DNA of 64,000 bases from positions 136,942 to 200,941 of the forward strand of contig NZ_JALBUT010000004.1 in NCBI RefSeq assembly GCF_033971905.1, written 5' to 3'. The translations under genes were made by a program, and so were the position numbers. The notes beneath the pieces are model-generated. The model worked only from the letters and a program-made list of their open reading frames with translations, had not been told where the DNA came from and did no database searches. Below are positions 1 to 9,997 of the stretch, one piece after another. Position 1 is the stretch's first letter. Each line of letters begins with the position of its first letter. The DNA comes from Intestinicryptomonas porci (lineage in GTDB: Bacteria; Verrucomicrobiota; Verrucomicrobiia; Opitutales; Intestinicryptomonadaceae).

Positions 1-2579
1 CAGGCGCGGCAAACGGATACAGCTCTTACGGCAACCAAATCGGCTTGGCGACAGGGCAGGTTACGGAAATTTACCACCCGGGTTATGTCGCAAAGCGCAT
101 GGAAATCGGCGCGGTGGTTGCCGCCGCTCCGCGCAAAAACGTGTTTAGAGGCGTTCCGTCGGTCGGAGACTCGATTCTTCTTGTCGGCGGCAGGACGGGG
201 CGAGACGGCATCGGGGGCGCAACAGGCTCTTCAAAAGACCACAATGAAAAGGCTTTGGACAATTCCGCCGAAGTTCAGAAGGGCGACGCTCCAATGGAGC
301 GCAAATTGCAGCGTCTTTTCCGCAATCCGAACGCAAGCGCAATCATCAAGAGATGCAACGACTTTGGCGCAGGCGGCGTTTCTGTTGCAATAGGCGAGCT
401 TGCGCCGTCTCTTGAAATAAATTTGGACGCTGTCCCAAAAAAATACGACGGCTTGGATGGCACGGAGCTTGCAATATCGGAATCGCAGGAAAGAATGGCG
501 GTTGTAGTCGATAAAAACGACGCTGAAAAGTTCGTGAAATACGCGGCTGAGGAAAACCTCGAATGCACGCTTGTCGCGGTTGTAACCGATACGGGCAGGC
601 TTGTCATGAAATGGCGCGGAAAGCCCATAGTTGATATTTCGCGCGAATTTTTGGATACCAACGGTACGACCGCTTCCGCGCGCGCCAAAGTTGAAGCACC
701 GAAAGATGACACTCCGTTTAAAAATCCTAATCTGGATGCTTCAAGGCAGGAAGACTGGCTGAAAGTCATGTCGTCTTTAAATTGCTGTTCGCAAAAGGGC
801 TTGGTTGAAAAATTCGACTCTTCAATCGGCGCATGCACCGTAAACCATCCTTACGGCGGCAAAAATTTGTCAACTCCCGCCGATGCGATGAGCGCGAAAA
901 TCCCCCTTCTTTCGGGGGACACCAAAACCGGCACGATTTTTTCTTTCGGATTCAATCCCGATATTTCCCTTTGGAGCCCCTACCATGGCGCGATTTATTC
1001 CATTTTGGAAAGCGTTGCGAAAATCGCGGCAAACGGCGGCGACGTAAGAAAAATCAGGTTTACTTTCCAGGAATATTTTGAAAAGTTGCGCGACAACCCC
1101 GCAAGGTGGGGCAAGCCCCTCGCGGCTTTGCTTGGCGCGTTTGAAGCACAGATGCGCTTGGGCTTAGGCTCTATCGGCGGAAAGGACTCGATGTCGGGTT
1201 CGTTTAACGAAATAGACGTTCCGCCGACTCTCGTAAGCTTTGCAATCGTTCCATGCAATGTCGAAAACGTCATTTCCCCCGAATTTAAAAAAGCGGGGTC
1301 TGATGTCGGCGTGATTGAAATATCGGCGGGCGTTGACTTGGTTCCGAATTTCGACGAGGCCATGCAAAAATATTCCGCGCTCTTTGAGGCGATAAAGGCG
1401 AAGAAGGTTTTGTCGGCAAAAGTCGCGCGTTTTGGTGGAATTGCGGAAGCGGTTGCTGTTATGGGCTTTGGAAACGGCATCGGTTTTGAATTTGACAAGT
1501 CGTTTGAAAAAAATCCGTTTGCCCTGAACTGCGGCGCAATAGTGGTCGAGCTTGCAGACGGAGTTGCTTTTGAGGAAGTTTGCGCAAGCCCGCTTGGAAA
1601 GACATTGAGGGAAAATTCCATTCTCTTTAAAGGCTCCAAAATCGACTTGCAAAAGGTTTTTGACGCATACACTTCAACTCTTGAAGATATTTTCCCGACA
1701 AAGGCCGCCGAGCCGCAGGGGGAAATCGCAAAGATTGAATACGAGCCGAAGCAGGTGTTCCTGGCGGAATCTAAAATAGCAAAGCCCAAAGTTTTCATTC
1801 CTGTATTCCCCGGAACGAACTGCGAATACGACACTGCAAAGGCGTTTGAAAACGCGGGGGCGAAGTCGGACATATTCGTTTTGCGCAACAATTCAAATTC
1901 CGACATCGAATATTCGATTGAAGAAATGAAAAGGCGCATTGACGAATCCCAGATTTTGATGCTCCCCGGCGGATTTTCGGCAGGGGACGAGCCTGCGGGG
2001 TCCGGCAAGTTTATTGCGGCGGTATTTAGAAACCCCAAGCTTTCCGACAGCGTAATGAGGCTTTTGAAAGACCGCAAAGGCTTGATTTTGGGCATTTGCA
2101 ACGGCTTCCAAGCCTTGATAAAATTGGGTCTTGTTCCGTTTGGCGAAATCAGACCTCTTGCGGAAGACGCTCCGACGCTGACTTACAACAACATCGCGCG
2201 CCACGTCAGCTGCTATGTGCGAACCCGCGTCGCAAGCCGCCTTTCTCCGTGGCTTTCAAAATGCGAAATCGGGCAAATTCACACAATCCCTGTTTCTCAC
2301 GGCGAGGGGAAGTTTGTCGCCTCAAAAGAGATGCTTGAAACCCTTGTAAAGAACGGGCAGGTTGCGACGCAGTATGTCGATTTAAACGGCAATCCGTCTG
2401 CCGATATAAGGTATAACCCCAACGGCTCTATTCAGGCGATAGAGGGCATAACAAGCCCATGCGGGTTGGTGTTCGGCAAAATGGGACATACCGAACGCTT
2501 TGGCTCCAATGTCGGAAAGAACGTTTCGGGAGATAAAATCCAGCCGATTTTTGAAGGTGGCGTGGAATATTTCAGATAA
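1..2579 (+). CDS. purL: phosphoribosylformylglycinamidine synthase, single-chain large form; C-terminal part only, the 5' end lies upstream of the window
   Basis: The reading frame is open from base 3. AIR-synthase-like repeats are followed by a C-terminal class-I glutamine amidotransferase domain (LMLPGGFSAGDEP... GICNGFQALIKLGL). The product ends in ...GGVEYFR. Confidence 0.85.
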   Translation, partial: GAANGYSSYGNQIGLATGQVTEIYHPGYVAKRMEIGAVVAAAPRKNVFRGVPSVGDSILLVGGRTGRDGIGGATGSSKDHNEKALDNSAEVQKGDAPMERKLQRLFRNPNASAIIKRCNDFGAGGVSVAIGELAPSLEINLDAVPKKYDGLDGTELAISESQERMAVVVDKNDAEKFVKYAAEENLECTLVAVVTDTGRLVMKWRGKPIVDISREFLDTNGTTASARAKVEAPKDDTPFKNPNLDASRQEDWLKVMSSLNCCSQKGLVEKFDSSIGACTVNHPYGGKNLSTPADAMSAKIPLLSGDTKTGTIFSFGFNPDISLWSPYHGAIYSILESVAKIAANGGDVRKIRFTFQEYFEKLRDNPARWGKPLAALLGAFEAQMRLGLGSIGGKDSMSGSFNEIDVPPTLVSFAIVPCNVENVISPEFKKAGSDVGVIEISAGVDLVPNFDEAMQKYSALFEAIKAKKVLSAKVARFGGIAEAVAVMGFGNGIGFEFDKSFEKNPFALNCGAIVVELADGVAFEEVCASPLGKTLRENSILFKGSKIDLQKVFDAYTSTLEDIFPTKAAEPQGEIAKIEYEPKQVFLAESKIAKPKVFIPVFPGTNCEYDTAKAFENAGAKSDIFVLRNNSNSDIEYSIEEMKRRIDESQILMLPGGFSAGDEPAGSGKFIAAVFRNPKLSDSVMRLLKDRKGLILGICNGFQALIKLGLVPFGEIRPLAEDAPTLTYNNIARHVSCYVRTRVASRLSPWLSKCEIGQIHTIPVSHGEGKFVASKEMLETLVKNGQVATQYVDLNGNPSADIRYNPNGSIQAIEGITSPCGLVFGKMGHTERFGSNVGKNVSGDKIQPIFEGGVEYFR

Positions 2580-2605
2580 AAAAGAAACGGTGTTTCCATT
2601 TTTTG

Positions 2606-2640
2606 AGGCGGACTGTTTTTTAGTCCGCCTTTTTGTTTTT
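2606..2640 (+). terminator. rho-independent terminator after purL
   Basis: A perfect 9-bp stem aggcggact/agtccgcct with a 7-nt loop is followed by ttttgttttt. Confidence 0.7.
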
Positions 2641-2872
2641 CGCTTTATAAAAAACGCGCGGGGAATGCGGTTTTTTGCTAAATTGCAACTATTTGATTTA
2701 CATCGTCTTGTGAAATATTTTAAATTATTTTTTTAATTATTTGACAAAACCTCTATTAGTGCATTGAGTGTATTTAAAACGAGATTGTAGCACGCTTGAA
2801 AACGGTTTTTAAGCGAGGTTTTTTTATCCCCGTCTTGTTTTAAGTTTTTAGTTCAGAAAGGCAAAAAAAGAA

Positions 2873-5800
2873 ATGGCAAAAATCATAGTGGACGGCAATG
2901 TCGCTTTGGACTTGGGCAAACGCCCCGCTAAAATCGGCTTTAAAATAGACAGGCACTTTACCAAAAAAGGAGTTTGGGCTTATGACACGGCCGAGTGGGT
3001 CAGAAAGGACATTAAAATGTTTGCGGGCGGAGAAATCACATTCTCTCGCGAAAATGTCGAAGTTCCCGCGCATTGGGGCGACAACGCCCTCAAAATCACG
3101 CTCAGCCGCTATATTTTCGGTAAAGAGCCGAAAACTCCCGAATACGAAGATTCCGTAAAGCAGATTTTTGACAGAATTGCCAACACCTACACGGTTTGGG
3201 GCTATCAGCTTGGTTATTTTGACGGCGACGAAAGCGCGCTTAATTTCAACCAGGAAATGAAGTATATGCTCGTCCACCAGATGTGGGCTCCGAACAGCCC
3301 CGTGTGGTTTAACATCGGGCATTGGGAGCAGTGGAGATGGGGTCGTCCCGACTTGCGCAAAATTCTCGCGGGCAAAGGAACTGAAACTTTCTACGGCGCG
3401 GAAAACAAAAAAGGCGGCGTCGATGCCGTAAAGGCTGAAAATTCTTCCGAAAATCCGCAGGCTTCCGCTTGCTTTATTTTGGGAGTGAAAGACTCAATGG
3501 AATCGATTTTGCGCCACCAGTACACTGAAGGCTGCATATTTTCGAGCGGTTCGGGGGTCGGCATAAACATATCGTCTCTAAGAAGCGACGGCGAGCCGAT
3601 AACGGGGAAGGGTGTTGCATCAGGCCCTCTTTCGTTTGACAGGGGCTGGGACAAAATGGCAGGCGCAATCAAGTCGGGCGGCAGAACAAGAAGAGCTGCG
3701 AGAATGGTTGTGATGTATTCCGACCATCCCGATGTTTTTGAGTTTGTGAACACCAAGTTCAAGCAGGAGGAAGTCGCAAAAATCGTATTGCAGGAACACA
3801 ACGTCCAGCGCGGACTCCGCAAGCTTGCCGAGCAGAAGCTTCAAGACGGAAATCCCGAAGAAAAAATCGCCGCCAAGATGGTTCTTTCAATGCCGTTTGT
3901 CGTTGACAAGTCTTACGGCGCGGGCGCGGAAGACTTGCTTTACGGTCAAACTCTTTCAAACCAGAATGCAAACCATACCGTTTCAATGAAGTCGGGCTTT
4001 TGGCTCGCCTTCAAAAAGGGCGAAAAATACGCGACTCGCTGGATTTCCGACCCATCGCACATTGTCCGTAAATACGCCCCGATGGAGCTTTTGGAAATGA
4101 TGGCAAAAGCTATCTGGAACAACGCGGAGCCGGGTCTTCACAATAACGACATCATAAATTTCTGGAGCACATTTGCAGACGAAGTTCAAATTGAAACGTC
4201 AAATCCGTGCTCTGAATATTTGGGACCTCTTTTCAGCTCATGCAATTTGAGTTCTTTCAATATTTTGCGCTTTTATAAAAACGGAAAGTTTGAAATTGAA
4301 AAGTTCATGCACGCATCGCGCATGGCGATGATTGCCGCCGACATCAATATTACAAAGGGCGGTTTCCCGATAAAGGAAATTGCCGTAAACACTGTTGCCT
4401 ACCGCACCACCGGCATAGGGCTTGCTAACATAGGCGGTCTTTTGATGTCTTTGGGAATTCCCTACGACTCCGCAAGAGGCAGGGCGATTGCGTCGTCGCT
4501 TGCCTCGCTTCTCACTTCAAACTGCTACAATTTCAGCGCGAAAATGGGCGAAATGCTCGGCAATTTCTCGAAATACCACCTGATAAAAGGCAGCATGAAG
4601 AGGGTTCTTAACATGCACACTTTGGCAAACGAGGAATTGAAGTCGGTAATCGGAATGAAGACTTCAAACAGGACGATAAGCGACTTGCCGCAAACAGAAT
4701 CTTTCACCGCCGAAGATGCCTTGCGCGGCTTCCGCCTTTCAATCGGCGAAAACAAGGTCGAGCTTGGCGACGAATGGAAAGACGTTGTGCAAAAAGCGGG
4801 AGAGCTTTGGAACGAAGTGCGCGCGTCAAAGAATTTCAGAAACAGCTTCGTTACCTGCATTGCGCCGACAGGCACGATTTCCGCGCCCCTTGGAATTTAC
4901 GAAGAGGGCACTACTTCCGCAGAACCCGAATATTCGCTCGTAAAATACAAGCTTCTGGCGGAGGGCGGCACGATGGTTCTCATAAACGGGCTTGTCCCCG
5001 TTGGCTTGGCGCGTCTTGGATACACGTTTGAGCAGATTGCAACAATCGTTGCCGAAGTTTCGGGTCTTACAGGTCTTGAAAACTTCTTGGAATCCCGCAA
5101 GATAAAGGGCAGGCTCGACATTTTGCAAAATTTGAAAGACGGCGGCGCAGTCTGCATGGAAATCGCCTCCCGCACCTCTTTGTTTAAGAGCGACGAAGAA
5201 TACAAGGCATTTTACAAATCGCTTCGAGCGGCTTCCGAAAAGGGCAAGCTTTCCCCGAGCGACTTTTCGATTTATTCGGGGTGCGGGCACATGGAGGGCA
5301 TTCCGTGGGTCGGCGAGGAAACTCTGCGCGTATTCGACTGTGCGAACAAACCTTTCGGCGCAGAACGCTTCATTAAAACAGAAGGCCATTTGAGAATGCT
5401 TGGGGCTTTGCAGCCGTTCATATCGGGCGCATCTTCAAAAACAATCAACATGCCAAGCTCTGCGACAGAGCGCGACATCGTCGATTCAATGATTGACAGC
5501 CACGAAATGGGCATCAAGTGCATTGCAATTTATAGAGACGGCTCAAAGGCTAATGCGGTTTATTCCACAAACTTGAATTCCGCAGAAATTCAAAATGCCT
5601 GGAACGACGTCGTAAAATCCGCAACCGAAATCAGAAAAGAGGAGCACGCAAACCCGATTCGCAAGAAGCTGCCTTACCGCCGCTGGGGTCAGACCATAAA
5701 ATTCTCGATTGGCGACAACATAAACGGCTTTATGACAGTCGGCATCGCAGACGACGGCAGATGTGCCGAAATTTTCGGCAGATTGGGGCAGGGCGGCTCT

Positions 5801-6298
5801 TTTATAAACGGTATGTTCGACGCATTCTGCAAGGCATTCTCAATCGCGCTCCAATACGGAATTCCGTTTGACGACTTCATCCAGTCGTTCCGCTATCTTT
5901 CGTTCGATCCGTCGGGCTGGGTAAAAATCGGCGATTATGACGACGAATACAAGCCCGACATCCATACTTGCAAATCAATCGTTGACCTTCTGATGCAGCT
6001 TTTGGATTGGATGTTCCCCTCTGAAAACGGCAGAAGATTGCGCTCGCTCGAACAGTCTTACATAAACACTATGTTTTCAAGCGGCACAAACACAATGTCG
6101 ATAAACAACATATCGCCAATGCAAACGGAGCTTTCGTTTATCTCGCAAAAGTCCGCCAATGCGCCGAAACCTGCCGAAAAAGTCGATATGAGAACCGCCA
6201 TGACATGCCCGAAGTGCGGCTCTTATGCCTATGTCTTCGACGGCAAGTGCCGCTCTTGCAGGGACTGCGGATATAAAGACGGCGGGTGCGGAGCATAG
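2873..6298 (+). CDS. nrdJ: adenosylcobalamin-dependent (class II) ribonucleotide reductase, long form with a C-terminal zinc ribbon
   Basis: The 1141-aa product carries the active-site Cys loop SNPCSEY and a class-II-like CIAPTGTISAP motif. It ends in a Cys4 ribbon (CPKCGSY...CRSCRDCGY). No nrdB-like partner is adjacent. Confidence 0.75.
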   Translation: MAKIIVDGNVALDLGKRPAKIGFKIDRHFTKKGVWAYDTAEWVRKDIKMFAGGEITFSRENVEVPAHWGDNALKITLSRYIFGKEPKTPEYEDSVKQIFDRIANTYTVWGYQLGYFDGDESALNFNQEMKYMLVHQMWAPNSPVWFNIGHWEQWRWGRPDLRKILAGKGTETFYGAENKKGGVDAVKAENSSENPQASACFILGVKDSMESILRHQYTEGCIFSSGSGVGINISSLRSDGEPITGKGVASGPLSFDRGWDKMAGAIKSGGRTRRAARMVVMYSDHPDVFEFVNTKFKQEEVAKIVLQEHNVQRGLRKLAEQKLQDGNPEEKIAAKMVLSMPFVVDKSYGAGAEDLLYGQTLSNQNANHTVSMKSGFWLAFKKGEKYATRWISDPSHIVRKYAPMELLEMMAKAIWNNAEPGLHNNDIINFWSTFADEVQIETSNPCSEYLGPLFSSCNLSSFNILRFYKNGKFEIEKFMHASRMAMIAADINITKGGFPIKEIAVNTVAYRTTGIGLANIGGLLMSLGIPYDSARGRAIASSLASLLTSNCYNFSAKMGEMLGNFSKYHLIKGSMKRVLNMHTLANEELKSVIGMKTSNRTISDLPQTESFTAEDALRGFRLSIGENKVELGDEWKDVVQKAGELWNEVRASKNFRNSFVTCIAPTGTISAPLGIYEEGTTSAEPEYSLVKYKLLAEGGTMVLINGLVPVGLARLGYTFEQIATIVAEVSGLTGLENFLESRKIKGRLDILQNLKDGGAVCMEIASRTSLFKSDEEYKAFYKSLRAASEKGKLSPSDFSIYSGCGHMEGIPWVGEETLRVFDCANKPFGAERFIKTEGHLRMLGALQPFISGASSKTINMPSSATERDIVDSMIDSHEMGIKCIAIYRDGSKANAVYSTNLNSAEIQNAWNDVVKSATEIRKEEHANPIRKKLPYRRWGQTIKFSIGDNINGFMTVGIADDGRCAEIFGRLGQGGSFINGMFDAFCKAFSIALQYGIPFDDFIQSFRYLSFDPSGWVKIGDYDDEYKPDIHTCKSIVDLLMQLLDWMFPSENGRRLRSLEQSYINTMFSSGTNTMSINNISPMQTELSFISQKSANAPKPAEKVDMRTAMTCPKCGSYAYVFDGKCRSCRDCGYKDGGCGA

Positions 6299-6320
6299 TT
6301 TGTTTTGCAAAATTTTAAAG

Positions 6321-6348
6321 GCGGACGCTTTTTGCGCCCGCTTTTTTT
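6321..6348 (+). terminator. probable terminator after nrdJ
   Basis: gcggacgc-tttttt-gcgcccgc forms an imperfect 8-bp stem (1 mismatch) followed by a T7 run. Confidence 0.45.
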
Positions 6349-6399
6349 GTCTTTGTAAATTCTTATAAAGCTTGACGATTGGGGGATATAAATCCATTT

Positions 6400-7584
6400 T
6401 ATATGCCCATTGTTATTATGAATTTCGGGCTGTCAGATTTGGGCATTGTTTGCGCGTTGGGATGCGGAAAAGAGGAGGTTTTAAAAAACGCCGCATCGTC
6501 TTCCACGGCGGGAATGTCAAAGTCTGAAACCATCATAAAAGGCGGGCAAACTTTTTTGGGAGAGGCGAACTTTCCCCTGCCCGAAATTGAAAATCCGCGA
6601 TGGAACACGAGGTGCAACCGCCTTGCGCTTTCTGCTGTTTTGCAGATTGAACATAGCGTGAGATGCGCGGTCGAAAAATACGGAGCCGGCAGGGTCGGAG
6701 TGGTTGTCGGGTCGAGCAACACCGGAATGCGCGAGTTCGAGGAGGAGTATTTTTATTTTTCACAAAAAAATTCTCCTAAAAAACCATTTGCCTGTCACGG
6801 AGAGCTTGGGAATGTCGCGGAATTTATAAGCGGATATTTTAATCTTTCAGCCCCAAGCTATACCGTTTCAACGGCTTGCTCGTCGTCTGCAAAGGCGTTT
6901 GCTTCCGCGGAAAGAATGATAAAAAACAATGTGTGCGACGCGGTTATCGTCGGGGGCGCGGACAGCATTTGCAAATTTGTTGTTAACGGATTTTCGGCGC
7001 TGGGCGCAACAAGTTCCGAGTTGGCAAATCCAATGAGCGCAAACCGCTCGGGCATAAATATCGGCGAGGGCGCGGCGATGTTCCTGCTTTCAAGGGAAAA
7101 TTCGCAAATCTTTTTGGCAGGAGTTGGCGAAAGCTCCGACGCCTATCATGCGACAAGCCCCGACCCGACAGGCGAGGGCGTGGCTCTTTCAATGAGAAAC
7201 GCCCTTCAAAACGCGGGGCTTACTCCGCAAGAAATTGATTATGTGAACTTGCACGGAACTGGCACGGTTTTTAACGATTCTATGGAAGCCAAAGCAGTGT
7301 ACGGCGTATTCAAAGACGAAGTTTTATGCTCCTCCACAAAGGCTTTGACGGGGCATTCGCTTGGGGCGGCGGGTGCGGTCGAAGCCGGATTATGCTGGCT
7401 TATGATGTCGGATTTAAACAAGGAAAACGCGCTTATCGAGCATGTTTATGACGGCGAGTTTGACAAAAAAATTGCGCCGATTTCCCTTGTAGGTAAAAAC
7501 ATGTTTAAAAAGGTAAAATATGCGCTCAGCAACTCTTTCGCCTTTGGCGGAAGCAATGCGTCCGTAATTTTGGGAAGGATTTAA
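6400..7584 (+). CDS. beta-ketoacyl-ACP synthase I/II family, APE-type cluster KAS
   Basis: Active-site Cys sits in STACSSS; the His motifs are in LHGTGT and GHSLGAAG; the C-terminus reads FAFGGSNASVILGRI. The ORF track starts at 6379, but the first ATG with a plausible N-terminus is 6400 (MPIVIMNFG). Confidence 0.8.
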   Translation, partial: YMPIVIMNFGLSDLGIVCALGCGKEEVLKNAASSSTAGMSKSETIIKGGQTFLGEANFPLPEIENPRWNTRCNRLALSAVLQIEHSVRCAVEKYGAGRVGVVVGSSNTGMREFEEEYFYFSQKNSPKKPFACHGELGNVAEFISGYFNLSAPSYTVSTACSSSAKAFASAERMIKNNVCDAVIVGGADSICKFVVNGFSALGATSSELANPMSANRSGINIGEGAAMFLLSRENSQIFLAGVGESSDAYHATSPDPTGEGVALSMRNALQNAGLTPQEIDYVNLHGTGTVFNDSMEAKAVYGVFKDEVLCSSTKALTGHSLGAAGAVEAGLCWLMMSDLNKENALIEHVYDGEFDKKIAPISLVGKNMFKKVKYALSNSFAFGGSNASVILGRI

Positions 7585-7585
7585 A

Positions 7586-8050
7586 ATGTATGAGCTTGAA
7601 GAGTTGTTGCCGCACGGCGCGCCGATGATAGTTTTAAGCGGTGTAAGAAGTTGCGATATCGAAAATTCAAAAGTCGAAACATTCTTCACTGTTTCTTCTT
7701 CCGACGTTTTTTTTGATGAAAATTCGGGCGGAGTGCCGTCTTGCTTTGCTCTCGAATACATGGCGCAGTCGATAGCCTGTTTCGTTGGAATTTTGGGGAA
7801 AAGCAAAGATGCGTCGTTTAAGCAGGAAATCGGCTTTGTCTTGGGAACTCGCAAAATGGATTTGAATATTCCTGTGTTTGAAAATTCAAAGACTTACAGC
7901 GTCAGAGCCGAAAAGGTGTTTTTCGACGAAGAGATGGCTTCGTTTGAATGCGCCATTTTCGACGAAAACAATTTTGAATGCGCCTTGGCAACGGTTAATG
8001 CATTCAAGCCCAAAAACCCGTTAAAATTCTTAAATCAAAACAATGAATAA
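7586..8050 (+). CDS. hotdog-fold (3R)-hydroxyacyl-ACP dehydratase-like protein
   Basis: The 154-aa ORF starts 2 nt after the KAS stop. Its size and position are typical of FabA/FabZ-like dehydratases in APE clusters. Confidence 0.55.
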   Translation: MYELEELLPHGAPMIVLSGVRSCDIENSKVETFFTVSSSDVFFDENSGGVPSCFALEYMAQSIACFVGILGKSKDASFKQEIGFVLGTRKMDLNIPVFENSKTYSVRAEKVFFDEEMASFECAIFDENNFECALATVNAFKPKNPLKFLNQNNE

Positions 8051-8771
8051 GCGCGTACTTATAACCGGCGCAAGCAGGGGCATAGGAAGGGCAATCGCCT
8101 TGCGTTTGGCTTCCGACGGCGGCTTCGACTTGGCCTTGCATTGCAATTCAAACATTTTAGCTGCAAATTCCGTTTTGGAAGAGGCAAAAAAACTCGGAGC
8201 GAACGCCCATATCCTTCAATTCGACATATCCGACCGCGAAAGCGTGAAAAAATCCCTCGAAGCCGACATGGAAAAAAACGGCGCGTTCTGGGGAGTTGTT
8301 TTGAATGCGGGAGTGAATGCCGACGCGCCTTTCCCCATGCTTGATTCAAATATGTGGGACAGGGTTTTGCGCACGAATTTGGACGGATTTTACAATGTTC
8401 TTTCACCGATTGTGATGCCGATGGTAAGCGAAAGAAAAGGCGGCAGGATTGTCGCTCTCACTTCGGTTTCGGGCATTGCGGGCAACAGGGGGCAGGTTAA
8501 TTACAGCGCGTCAAAGGCGGGAATAATCGGTGCTGCGAAGTCGCTTGCATTGGAGCTTGCAAAGCGTTCAATTACGGTAAACTGCGTGGCTCCGGGCGTC
8601 ATAGAAACCGACATGACAAAAGATTTGCCCTTTGAAGAGGTTAAAAAGCTGATTCCCCTCAGGCGTTTCGGCAAGCCCGAAGAGGTTGCAGGGGCAGTAT
8701 CGTTTTTGATGGGCGAAGACGCCGCGTACATTACGCGCCAAGTAATTTCAGTAAACGGAGGTTTGATATGA
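8043..8771 (+). CDS. 3-oxoacyl-ACP reductase (SDR family, FabG-like)
   Basis: The N-terminus reads MNKRVLITGASRGIGRAIA (a TGxxxGIG Rossmann motif), and a YSASKAG catalytic Tyr/Lys motif is present. The gene overlaps both neighbours by 8 bp and 4 bp (ATGA). Confidence 0.85.
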   Translation: MNKRVLITGASRGIGRAIALRLASDGGFDLALHCNSNILAANSVLEEAKKLGANAHILQFDISDRESVKKSLEADMEKNGAFWGVVLNAGVNADAPFPMLDSNMWDRVLRTNLDGFYNVLSPIVMPMVSERKGGRIVALTSVSGIAGNRGQVNYSASKAGIIGAAKSLALELAKRSITVNCVAPGVIETDMTKDLPFEEVKKLIPLRRFGKPEEVAGAVSFLMGEDAAYITRQVISVNGGLI

Positions 8772-9997
8772 ATAGAAGAGTTGTCGTGACGGGAATGGGC
8801 GCGATAAGCCCTCTCGGAAATTCGGTCAAGGAAAATTTCGACAGACTGCATGTCTATGAAAACAAAATCGAAGTTTTGGAAAGCCTCAAAGAATACAGCG
8901 GGCTGAATTCCAACCTCGCAAGCGTCATAAAGGATTTTAAAATACCCGAACGCTATTCGCGCAAAACTCTACGCACAATGGGCCCCGTGTCGGTAATGTC
9001 GCTTTTTGTGACAGAGCAGGCTCTCGAACAGGCGGGGATTGAGCAGGGCGGGGAGCTTATCCGCGGCGGAAGGCTCGGCGTTGCGTACGGTTCGTCGTCG
9101 GGTTCCGTTGAGCCTCTTTTGGATTTTTATTCGATGATAAATACGAAAGTCGTGCGCAACATCACATCTTCAACCTATATGAAGATGATGCCGCAGACTA
9201 CCGCCGTTAATATCTCGCTTTACCTGAAAACAACGGGCAGAATAATCCCGTCGGGAACCGCCTGCACTTCGGGCAGCCTTTCTATCGGATACGCCTACGA
9301 AGCCATAAAATACGGTCTTCAAGACGTGATGATTGCAGGGGGGGCGGAAGAATTCAGCCCGACGCAGGTTGCCATATTCGACACTTTGTACGCCACAAGC
9401 TCAAAGAACGAAACGCCCAAAAAAACGCCCTCTCCCTACGATGCCGAAAGGGACGGACTTGTTATAGGCGAGGGCGCGGCTACTCTCGTCTTGGAAGAGT
9501 ACGAACACGCGAAGGCAAGAGGCGCGAAGATAATTGCCGAAGTCGCGGGGTTTGCCTCAAACACCGACGGAACGCATATGACACAGCCAAACGCGCACAC
9601 AATCCAAGCCGCAATCGAAAAGTCGATGGAATGCGCGGGGGTGGATTCTTCCGAAATATGCTATGTAAACGGGCATGGAACAGCGACAACACAGGGGGAC
9701 ATTGCCGAAACAACCGCAACCGCCGCCGCTTTCAAACGCCCCATGCCAATTTCTTCGATGAAAAGCTACATAGGGCATTCTCTCGGCGCATGCGGCGCAA
9801 TCGAAGCGGCAATGACAATCGAAATGCTTAATTCCGACTGGTATATGCCCACTCTCAATTTGAAAAATGTCGATTCCGCATGTGGTGAGCTTGACTACAT
9901 AATAAACGAGGGCAGGGTTATTCGCGGAGAATATGCCATGAGCAACAATTTCGCCTTTGGCGGAGTCAACACTTCTCTTATATTCAAGCGGCTTTAA
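8768..9997 (+). CDS. beta-ketoacyl-ACP synthase II-like (FabF/FabB family)
   Basis: The N-terminus MNRRVVVTGMGAISPLGNS is classical for this family. The catalytic residues lie in GTACTSGS (Cys), VNGHGTAT (His) and GHSLGACG (His). Confidence 0.85.
   Translation: MNRRVVVTGMGAISPLGNSVKENFDRLHVYENKIEVLESLKEYSGLNSNLASVIKDFKIPERYSRKTLRTMGPVSVMSLFVTEQALEQAGIEQGGELIRGGRLGVAYGSSSGSVEPLLDFYSMINTKVVRNITSSTYMKMMPQTTAVNISLYLKTTGRIIPSGTACTSGSLSIGYAYEAIKYGLQDVMIAGGAEEFSPTQVAIFDTLYATSSKNETPKKTPSPYDAERDGLVIGEGAATLVLEEYEHAKARGAKIIAEVAGFASNTDGTHMTQPNAHTIQAAIEKSMECAGVDSSEICYVNGHGTATTQGDIAETTATAAAFKRPMPISSMKSYIGHSLGACGAIEAAMTIEMLNSDWYMPTLNLKNVDSACGELDYIINEGRVIRGEYAMSNNFAFGGVNTSLIFKRL

Noticed and set aside
85-2338. 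Many 60-370-aa ORFs on both strands inside purL (for example 85-393, 275-838, 995-2101, 1164-1652).
   Set aside because: They are wholly embedded in or antisense to a well-supported 844-aa purL reading frame, have no recognisable motifs, and are typical spurious ORFs of the six-frame track.
2581-2872. Possible cobalamin riboswitch ahead of nrdJ.
   Set aside because: No B12-box-like GCCACTG core or conserved paired regions are visible, and the region is simple AT-rich promoter-like sequence. This needs an Rfam scan to be certain.
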